A DNA stretch of 64,000 nt from Patescibacteria group bacterium (lineage in GTDB: Bacteria; Patescibacteriota; Patescibacteriia; PEXW01). The notes below the pieces were generated by a model, which searched no databases, had not been told where the DNA came from, and saw only the letters and a list, made by a program, of their open reading frames with translations. A program made the translations under genes and the position numbers. Shown here one piece after another: positions 48,321 through 55,223 of this stretch (position 1 is its first letter; each line of letters begins with the position of its first letter). The DNA is taken from positions 415,504-479,503 of the forward strand of contig JBAZBR010000001.1 of the NCBI GenBank assembly GCA_041671325.1. Direction: 5' to 3'.

Positions 48321-48508
48321 ACCGGGGAGGAAGGAGGTGAACAATAAACATGCTTTACCAGGGAAGCTCCTTGGGATTTGACGAAAGAGAATGCGGCACT
48401 TGTCCCAGTGGATTGGAGCTTCCCTGATTTTTTTCTTTTTCCAAAAATACCAGTTTTATTGATACGCTTGGAAAAAGAGGCAACCGACCCTAATAAGCCA
48501 GTCGCCTC
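48321..48508 (-). ncRNA. Candidate sRNA with anti-SD/anti-AUG seed (leader E8 + hairpin + single-stranded seed)
   Basis: E8 at 48434-48508; stem CAGGGAAGCUCC/GGAGCUUCCCUG; unpaired CAUGUUUAUUGUUCACCUCCUU. Confidence 0.55.
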
Positions 48509-48512
48509 AAAA

Positions 48513-48915
48513 TTTGGTTTCGCCTTGGAAACCTGCTTTTGTATGGCAATAAAGCCGCAAGCACCGCTAACGAAACTAGGCATTTTTATCAAAACAGGTG
48601 CCGCCTGTTGACCCGTACATCTTGCTGTCCTGCAACAGTCAAAATACCTACGGGTCCGAGGCCGTTCCCTAAGATACCAGGAAACTGATTTTTCAAGGCA
48701 ATTTCTGCCCGCAATTTACTTTTATAAAAATATTATAAAGGAAAATTCCCGAAAGAAATAATGGGAGGAGAGGATTTTGGGGTCCTACTCCTCCCTGGGC
48801 ACCATATGAAAGAAAATGAGGCAATGAGGCTAAGTGAGGCTTTTTAGTTTTTCTTTTTCTCTACTTTATTAAATAGTGGACAAGCAGAATTTCGGAAAAA
48901 TGATCGAACTATCGC
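48513..48915 (-). ncRNA. Candidate multi-hairpin ncRNA
   Basis: Stems GGGAGGAG/CUCCUCCC, GUUUCCUGG/UUAGGGAAC, GACCCGUA/UACGGGUC, GUUUCG/CGAAAC; 3x GCCUCA; only a weak leader-like fold at 48855-48915. Confidence 0.5.
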
Positions 48916-49395
48916 TTAATTCTTGACAGCAAGACCGACAAAGAAGCCTATGACTAAAATAATGGGTATAACTCCCAATGACCAGTTGCCCAAGTTTGAC
49001 TTGATACGGATGGCTACCGCATTACCCCCGTCAAACGAGATCAACTCATAGGTCTGGGTAGTAAAATGTCCCGAATTCAAAACCGGGATATCCCAAGTCT
49101 TCATTTCGCGTCCAGCCGAAATTGAGATTATTCCACATTCAACTGAATCATGTGTGAGGTACGTCATAACCGCAAAGTCGTCTTCGGAAGTTTTAACTTC
49201 CGGCTCGACTCTGTTTACGGAATTCACGAAAGCGTCTCTTACCACATCGGAAAACGTCGCGCTTTGTAGCAACGTTTCAATCTGCGCCGTTTCATAAGCA
49301 GAAACGGTGACGTCGAAAACGGTGGCAGTTTTGGCAATCACAGGGTATGCCACAACACAGATCACGAATACGAGAATGATTGTCTTAAAATTCAT
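48916..49395 (-). CDS. Exported protein with signal peptide and C-terminal TM anchor
   Basis: Signal peptide (VIA-K), C-terminal hydrophobic helix; SD AGGAG. Confidence 0.75.
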   Translation of the reverse strand: MNFKTIILVFVICVVAYPVIAKTATVFDVTVSAYETAQIETLLQSATFSDVVRDAFVNSVNRVEPEVKTSEDDFAVMTYLTHDSVECGIISISAGREMKTWDIPVLNSGHFTTQTYELISFDGGNAVAIRIKSNLGNWSLGVIPIILVIGFFVGLAVKN

Positions 49396-49436
49396 TTCGA
49401 GCTCCTAAGCTAAATTGTTTATTTTACGTTTTTCCC

Positions 49437-49501
49437 TTTTTTCAACCGACGAAATTGCTTCTTCGGCTGGAAAAATCGCAGGATGCCGGATGGCATCCTG
49501 C
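49437..49501 (-). repeat. Double-hairpin leader E10 (near-identical to E11 and E12)
   Basis: + strand TTTTCAACCGACGAAATTGCTTCTTCGGCTGGAAAAA..GCAGGATGCCGGATGGCATCCTGC. Confidence 0.9.
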
Positions 49502-49509
49502 AAAATGAC

Positions 49510-49749
49510 CTAATGCAAGCCAAGGTCTCTTGGGTTGACCTTAGTTAACACTATTAATATGGTCACCATCATCAAGCAAAATTCAAAAATTGCGGTGGTG
49601 AAGAAGCCAATACCCACTCCTATAATGATTGATGTGGGTTGCGCTTCAAATAAAGTGATGATTATCACCGCTATTGCTACTCCCAATCCTGAAGCGATCA
49701 CTAGATTGAGAGCCAATATCACCAACAGCGCTTTCATTTGAATTTTCAT
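49510..49749 (-). CDS. Small 2-TM protein (79 aa)
   Basis: SD AAGGAG; two long hydrophobic helices. Confidence 0.7.
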   Translation of the reverse strand: MKIQMKALLVILALNLVIASGLGVAIAVIIITLFEAQPTSIIIGVGIGFFTTAIFEFCLMMVTILIVLTKVNPRDLGLH

Positions 49750-49775
49750 TTATTTCTCCTTTTTGTTTTTTTCTC

Positions 49776-49839
49776 TTTTTTCAACCGGAGAATTGCATCT
49801 TCGGCTGGAAAAAACGCAGGATGCCGGATGACATCCTGC
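49776..49839 (-). repeat. Double-hairpin leader E11
   Basis: + strand TTTTTTCAACCGGAGAATTGCATCTTCGGCTGGAAAAAACGCAGGATGCCGGATGACATCCTGC. Confidence 0.9.
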
Positions 49840-49846
49840 AAAAGAG

Positions 49847-50935
49847 CTAGTCTTCTTCGTAAGACCGGCAGACTTCACGTTTGATCTCATCAAAAACTAG
49901 GCGACTCGATCTAGCTTTGCGAGGAATCCGAGTTGGATTAACCCGATCTACAAAACTGCAAAGCGCTACTTGCGATCGCTGATATTGCTCTTCCAGCTTT
50001 TCAAGCCAGCGCCTTTTTTGTGCCTCCTCTCTCGCTCGTTTGATATCCTGCTCATCAAACTTTTTCAGAACAGCGTTTCCAATCACAATAGCTATGAAAA
50101 CTACGCAGAAGGTCCCGACAGCAAGATACATGACGTTCGCGGAATGAGTGGCGTTGAAGATCCGGCCCAGCACCATGAAAATGACAAAAGTCAAAATCGG
50201 GTAGATAGGCCGGAACATCCACAACCATGGCTTATTCCAGTACCAGGACTGATCCCAATAAATATATTTGGGTTCGCCAGAAAATATATCAATCCGGAAA
50301 GGGTTGACATATTTCCAATTTGGCACTCGGCCGATTGCCAGGTTCCACAGGCAAACCACGGCATTGACCAAAACCATAAAAATCCAACCAATTGCCACAA
50401 TAAACGGCTGGAGGGAATAGGCCGGAAAAATCCGGCGACGGCGCATATGGCATTGGTCAAAAGCTGGATGGGTAAACCAGAAATTTACCCATTTCCAGTC
50501 CCAGGGTTTGGCCGGAAACAGTTTCGGATCAACAGCAACGGTTTCCATCGCTTGGTCCATGGTGTTTTCCAGGTCATTGAGAAACGCCGAATTGCCACTA
50601 TTTAAAACTGTTGTACGATATTTACTATCCGACCTGCTAAGGTAGTTATCCTCAGGAGAAGACAGCTTTATTCCATTTTCAGTCTTATCCCAGCAAATGG
50701 TGATGAAAATTCGGTGTGCACCTGAGGATTTGAAGGGAATGTAAAAAGCTAGTTCCGACAGAGGCCGGATATATCGATGCTCATTTTTTTTCTTGACCGA
50801 ATAATCAACGATCAAGACGCATGGGTTTTCTCGGCTTTCACTTTTCAGCTTAGCCAAGGTTTCGGCGTTCGTGCACCACCTGACCACTGTGGTCGGATTG
50901 GCTGCGACTTTACTCTCAACAAACAACTGAAGCAT
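49847..50935 (-). CDS. Membrane protein with soluble N-terminal domain and 3 TM segments (362 aa)
   Basis: Start re-assigned to MLQLF after AAAGGAGG; the longer ORF call runs through leader E12. Confidence 0.75.
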   Translation of the reverse strand: MLQLFVESKVAANPTTVVRWCTNAETLAKLKSESRENPCVLIVDYSVKKKNEHRYIRPLSELAFYIPFKSSGAHRIFITICWDKTENGIKLSSPEDNYLSRSDSKYRTTVLNSGNSAFLNDLENTMDQAMETVAVDPKLFPAKPWDWKWVNFWFTHPAFDQCHMRRRRIFPAYSLQPFIVAIGWIFMVLVNAVVCLWNLAIGRVPNWKYVNPFRIDIFSGEPKYIYWDQSWYWNKPWLWMFRPIYPILTFVIFMVLGRIFNATHSANVMYLAVGTFCVVFIAIVIGNAVLKKFDEQDIKRAREEAQKRRWLEKLEEQYQRSQVALCSFVDRVNPTRIPRKARSSRLVFDEIKREVCRSYEED

Positions 50936-50988
50936 TTTTCCTCCTTTGAATTTTAGCTTCTTTTTAATTCTGTTTTTTAGTTTTTCTC

Positions 50989-51051
50989 TTTTCAACCGAC
51001 GAATTGCTTTATCGGCTGGAAAAAGTGCAGGATGCCGGATGGCATCCTGCA
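50989..51051 (-). repeat. Double-hairpin leader E12
   Basis: + strand TTTTCAACCGACGAATTGCTTTATCGGCTGGAAAAAGTGCAGGATGCCGGATGGCATCCTGCA. Confidence 0.9.
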
Positions 51052-51094
51052 AAATGACTTTTCGAGATAGTCCTACTGTCACAAACGACATTGA

Positions 51095-51478
51095 TTAAGG
51101 CCGCCAATGCCGTTCCTCAAAGTCAAGGTGTTCAACTTGACCAAGAGGAAGATAGAAAACTGCGATCGTATCAAGGGAACCATCATCCTTTTGCCAAAAA
51201 CACAGTTTTTGTCCGTATGACGGCAACGCGTCGTTCACGCGCACAGATGGAAAATTTTGCTCAGTGAGCGTATCAAAAGGCGGTTCTTTGCCAACCGCCA
51301 CAAAATAATCAACGACAACTTTCGTCTCGCCGTCGATTTTGACGGTATGTACTCTGTAGCTGAGTACATCAGCTTCCTTCGGAATCCCTTTACTTATCAG
51401 GCTCATGCCCCAGCCAACCGAAAAAATGATAGCAAGAGCTATTACGACCACGATAACGTTACTTGTTCTTCTGTTCAT
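51095..51478 (-). CDS. Membrane-anchored hypothetical protein (127 aa)
   Basis: SD AGGAGGT; N-terminal TM. Confidence 0.75.
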   Translation of the reverse strand: MNRRTSNVIVVVIALAIIFSVGWGMSLISKGIPKEADVLSYRVHTVKIDGETKVVVDYFVAVGKEPPFDTLTEQNFPSVRVNDALPSYGQKLCFWQKDDGSLDTIAVFYLPLGQVEHLDFEERHWRP

Positions 51479-51520
51479 TTCTACCTCCTGTTAAACATTT
51501 AGTTTTTAATTTTTTCATTT

Positions 51521-51601
51521 TCTCATCTCGAATAACCTTTTGAAAAGATTAACCGGGACGAAAGCAGAGTTTAAGAAAATGTAAATTTTTAGGTACTCTG
51601 C
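51521..51601 (-). promoter_or_regulatory. Double-hairpin leader E13
   Basis: GCAGAGU/ACUCUGC, then UUUCGUCCCGGUUAAUCUU/AAGGUUAUUCGAGAUGAGA with four G-U pairs. Confidence 0.7.
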
Positions 51602-51618
51602 AAAACCCTCAATTTCTA

Positions 51619-51861
51619 CTAATCAGTCTCCATGTAAAGCACGAGAGCATCACGAAGACTTTTGTACAGCCATATGCCTATACTTATGATCCAGTTTGTC
51701 ACATAAGCAATACCAACAAACACGACTGCTAGAGTTAACCCCGCAATTGGCCACTTAACATCCTTAAGAGTAAATGAACAGTGGTAGAAGAAAAAAAGGT
51801 ATACTGGACAAAAAATTATATACCTTTGAGTCTTTTTCCAAAACATTGGGAACTCAGACAT
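51619..51861 (-). CDS. Small 2-TM protein (80 aa)
   Basis: SD-like GAAGGA; preceded by a long leader hairpin at 51890-51964. Confidence 0.65.
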   Translation of the reverse strand: MSEFPMFWKKTQRYIIFCPVYLFFFYHCSFTLKDVKWPIAGLTLAVVFVGIAYVTNWIISIGIWLYKSLRDALVLYMETD

Positions 51862-51993
51862 TTTTTCCTTCTTTCAAAATTGGTTTATTTTCTTCTATTT
51901 ATTTGAAGACATAAAATCCAAATATCTTGAATTAATCTTTATCTCCCCAAGTAAATAGAAAAAATTGTCAAGGTGCCTTCCCTTTTCTCGCAA

Positions 51994-52153
51994 TTATTCA
52001 AAATCGCTTTACTTAACATACCCGCGCTTGCATGGCAAAAACCAGATCCTCCCAAAAAGCGTGGTATGAGAGCGCCTGTCTTTAAATAAAGGCTGCTTTT
52101 TTGCCCTTGCTCTCTCGGCAAAAAAGCCAGTAAATGCGATTTTTATGAATTAA
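51994..52153 (-). ncRNA. Candidate four-way-junction leader RNA with possible pseudoknot
   Basis: Closing stem AAAAUCGC-A-UUUACU/AGUAAA-GCGAUUUU encloses three hairpins; loop GAGAGC is complementary to junction GCUCUC. Confidence 0.6.
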
Positions 52154-52166
52154 CAAACAACAGGGA

Positions 52167-52195
52167 AATATAGTCTATTTCTTGAATTTTGTCAA
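52167..52195 (-). promoter_or_regulatory. Sigma70-type promoter heading the array
   Basis: TTGACA-17 nt-TATATT. Confidence 0.75.
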
Positions 52196-52325
52196 GCCCA
52201 TGTACCACTAAGGTTAGCCATTTTTATTCCTCCCAAACCCGTTCCAGTCTTCGGCTTTCCCGCACCCGCCTTCGATACCTTTGCAAGGGGAGGAGCTTAA
52301 AGAATTTTGTATAAAAAATTGGATT

Positions 52326-52358
52326 AAAAAGAGCTTCTGCAATTTCTGCAAAAGCTCT
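52326..52358 (-). terminator. Intrinsic terminator after the M23/T9SS gene
   Basis: GAGCUUUUGCA/UGCAGAAGCUC followed by UUUUU. Confidence 0.75.
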
Positions 52359-52423
52359 CATTTGTTCATTTTACACATATGGACTTTCCAAGTTTCCAGG
52401 TGTGTAGGCTAAAGACCGGTTTT

Positions 52424-55153
52424 TTACTTAACCAAGAGCATTTTCTTGGTTTGGGTGAAAGATCCAGCAGACAAGCGATAAAAATAAACCCCCGAAGCGT
52501 ATCTGGAAGCCTCCCAGGTTTTGGCGTACTCGCCCGCTTCCTGGTATTCATTCAATATCGTTTCCACTTTCTGGCCCAGAAGGTTATAGACTTCCAGGCT
52601 GACTTCGCCGGCTTGAGGCAAAGTATAACTGATGGTCGTAGTTGGGTTAAAGGGATTGGGATAATTCTGGCTCAAAGCAAATTCTTTAGGCAGAGAAACA
52701 TCTTCCTCTGTTTCAGTATTTTGCTTCATTAATCCAGAACCGCTGGCGTTGAACTTGCCCATGATAAATCCATTAGTATAATCCCAGCCATAGCCTTCAG
52801 CCCGCCACCAGTAAGCCTGGTACAGAAAGCTGGAACCCGTGGACAAGAAAGAGTGGATAGCGCTGGAATACTGGCCATAGCGACAGGCCATGACGACATC
52901 AGCGTAACCGTCGCCATTGATGTCGCCCATTTGCATATACGGCATGGCATCCAGACTGTAGGAATCAAAATGCCACCACCAGCCTCGGTAATTAAAGCCT
53001 GAACCCGTGGAAAGAAAAGCCAGAAGCGCAGTTTCGCTTGGGCCATAACGGCAGGCCATGACTAAGTCTGATTTGCCGTCGCTATTCAAGTCGCCCATTT
53101 CCATGAACTTCATGGCATCTAGACTGAACCAGCCATCAGCCCAGAACCAGTACGGCACATAATTGAAGTAAGTGCCGTTGGTAAGGAATACATGGAGGGC
53201 GGTACTGGCTGGACCATACTTATAAGCCATGACAATATCGTCCCCGCCATCACCATTCAAATCGCCCGCGCTTACGAACTTGACGGCTTCGGCGCAGTAC
53301 CAGCCCGGCGCATGCCACCAGCCTTCATTACCCTGGTATATGAAATTCGTACCAGTGGAAAGCAGGACATGGATGCGAGTATCGCAACTACCGTAATTAT
53401 AGACTACGGCGATATCATCTTTGCAATCGCCGTTAAAATCCCCAGACACCGCGCCCTTGATGGCATAAGTGCAATAGCCGTTTGATTGCCACCAATAAAC
53501 CTGGTATTCAAAGCTTGAACCCCGGCTTAGAAGCATGTGAATGCCCACGCTGGATTCGCCATATTTGTAAATCATGGCAATATCCGTCAAGCCATCGCCG
53601 TTATAATCCCCGGCTATGCTCTTAAAAACGTACTGCAGGCAATAATTATTGAGGATTTTCCAGCCATCATTGCCTTGGTAGGCGAAGTTAGAGCCGTTGG
53701 AAAGCAGTACGTGCGCGCGGGTTTGGCAACCGCCGTAATCATACAAAACCGCCAGATCAGACTTGGGATCAACGATGCCAGTTGAGATGTGCACCTGGAT
53801 TGGCCAGACTTGCGTACCCGCAGCATTGTAAGCGTAAACAGTTCCCCCGCGCTCTTCCATCCGGCCAGTCTTGAAGTATTGGACATTGCCTTCGCGATCG
53901 CGGGTTGGCGCGCCAATGACCCAAGCCCCGGCTTCCTGGATGTTGGTATAGGTATCCAGGAAGTTTCCATACAAATAATAAGCTTCGTTGGTGGCTTCGG
54001 GATTGGTGTAATTGCGGGGGTCATAGAAAATCATGCCCCTGCCCCGCGCTCCCCAATTGAATTCTTGGACGCAATAATCCGTGGCCCGGCCAAAAGCTGG
54101 CCAATTGGAGACGACCTTTCCCATCGCCTCGCCAACCATTTGCCTGGCACCGTTTCTTTCATACGCCCGAGCAATCAAGTATGAGTGCTGGTTATCCCAG
54201 CCGGAATTTGTCCAGCCTGGCGCGCAATTCGGATATTGGTTTACGGAAACCGAACTGCCGTTCCAGTACAAGTAGCCTTTTTGGAAGTCCTGCCTGGCAT
54301 TGCCGTAACCCGCATACTCATTGTTTATAGGCATGCCCAGCGAACTTTGCGGACCATTCAAACTGTTCCACTTGCCGTAAAAGCCGGTTTTTACCACGTA
54401 GGCTTTTCTGGCACCGCCTAAAGCGTCATAAACAATGGCACAAGCACCATAAACAGTACCGAAATAATCCTCACGATAACAGCGTCGGGCGCAGTTATTG
54501 GCATCATAGCGGTCGTTGCTGTCCCAATTTCCCGGCCACCATGCCACGTTACTGACCTTGTTCCCAATGCTGCTGCCATGACGGACTTTCTCAACTTCAA
54601 AGATGTTGCGGTTGAGAGAAGTGTAACGATGTTGACCATCATCTGAATAAGAACAGTTCGATGGCCCAGTTGGCGTCCCGATATCCTCGAAATTCCACGG
54701 AATCGAACTTCCATTCACCGCGGTTTGATGTTGGTAGTGAATATGTGGCCCAGTTGAATTTCCGGTAGTACCACACATTCCTATGACTTGCCCTTGCACA
54801 ACGTACTCGCCAACTTTAACTACGACGCTTTGCAAATGAGCTAAACGGTCATACGATGATTCACCTATTTTTATCTCAACGGTATTGCCCCAACCATCGT
54901 TATAACCACCACCATCATACACGGCAGCTACAACTCCCGAATTCGACGCTAAAACTGGTTTGTTTAAGTCACTTGTACTGATTGTCCCCCAATTGAAATC
55001 GAATCCATATCTGTAGACACTTACATGTCCACATTGATCCTGTCCGCGGCTGCACCACCAAGTTTCCCCATACATAAATGGGGCTTTCGTACCAGCTATA
55101 GCAGTGGACACAATAGCCATAGCCAATACGACAACAGTAAATACCTTCTTCAT
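52424..55153 (-). CDS. Secreted M23 peptidase + LGFP-like repeats + FG-GAP-like repeats + T9SS type-A C-terminal sorting domain
   Basis: AHL...GQVIG..G.TGNSTGPHIHY; NGPQSSLGMP...QDFQKG; GD.NGDG..DI repeats; LPKEFALSQNYPNPFNPTTTI...ASGVYFYRL...KKMLLVK; SD AGGAGGT. Confidence 0.88.
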   Translation of the reverse strand: MKKVFTVVVLAMAIVSTAIAGTKAPFMYGETWWCSRGQDQCGHVSVYRYGFDFNWGTISTSDLNKPVLASNSGVVAAVYDGGGYNDGWGNTVEIKIGESSYDRLAHLQSVVVKVGEYVVQGQVIGMCGTTGNSTGPHIHYQHQTAVNGSSIPWNFEDIGTPTGPSNCSYSDDGQHRYTSLNRNIFEVEKVRHGSSIGNKVSNVAWWPGNWDSNDRYDANNCARRCYREDYFGTVYGACAIVYDALGGARKAYVVKTGFYGKWNSLNGPQSSLGMPINNEYAGYGNARQDFQKGYLYWNGSSVSVNQYPNCAPGWTNSGWDNQHSYLIARAYERNGARQMVGEAMGKVVSNWPAFGRATDYCVQEFNWGARGRGMIFYDPRNYTNPEATNEAYYLYGNFLDTYTNIQEAGAWVIGAPTRDREGNVQYFKTGRMEERGGTVYAYNAAGTQVWPIQVHISTGIVDPKSDLAVLYDYGGCQTRAHVLLSNGSNFAYQGNDGWKILNNYCLQYVFKSIAGDYNGDGLTDIAMIYKYGESSVGIHMLLSRGSSFEYQVYWWQSNGYCTYAIKGAVSGDFNGDCKDDIAVVYNYGSCDTRIHVLLSTGTNFIYQGNEGWWHAPGWYCAEAVKFVSAGDLNGDGGDDIVMAYKYGPASTALHVFLTNGTYFNYVPYWFWADGWFSLDAMKFMEMGDLNSDGKSDLVMACRYGPSETALLAFLSTGSGFNYRGWWWHFDSYSLDAMPYMQMGDINGDGYADVVMACRYGQYSSAIHSFLSTGSSFLYQAYWWRAEGYGWDYTNGFIMGKFNASGSGLMKQNTETEEDVSLPKEFALSQNYPNPFNPTTTISYTLPQAGEVSLEVYNLLGQKVETILNEYQEAGEYAKTWEASRYASGVYFYRLSAGSFTQTKKMLLVK

Positions 55154-55223
55154 TGTTACAGACCTCCTGAGACATAGTCTCGGTTTAAGTTACTATTTAA
55201 TTGTCAACGTACGTTTTTTAGAT

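Noticed and set aside
48254-48611. ORFs 48254-48592 (-) and 48378-48611 (+)
   Set aside because: No SD, implausible composition, and both run across dense hairpins; better explained as structured RNA.
49970-50605. 211-aa + strand ORF
   Set aside because: Antisense shadow of the SD-led membrane protein gene.
49437-51051. CRISPR array interpretation of the three 65-bp repeats
   Set aside because: The repeats are separated by whole genes (0.27-1.15 kb), not 30-40 nt spacers, and no cas genes are present.
44243-51091. Longest-ORF starts at 44287, 44824, 45072, 47973 and 51091
   Set aside because: They extend through leaders or neighbouring genes; internal ATGs with strong SD sites are better starts.
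43782-51964. Classical integron attC sites
   Set aside because: No intI in the window. A GTTGAAA end occurs in E10-E12, but the stem is too short, its partner is AGC rather than AAC, and the other copies lack the cores. G-U bias and tetraloops point to RNA structure.
43859-55153. Prophage or ICE
   Set aside because: No recognisable integrase, terminase, capsid, tail, relaxase or replication gene, and no att repeats were noticed.
55170-55210. Promoter for the M23 gene from TTGACA at 55202-55207
   Set aside because: No acceptable -10 box at 16-18 nt spacing; the same holds for the TTGACA near 51970.
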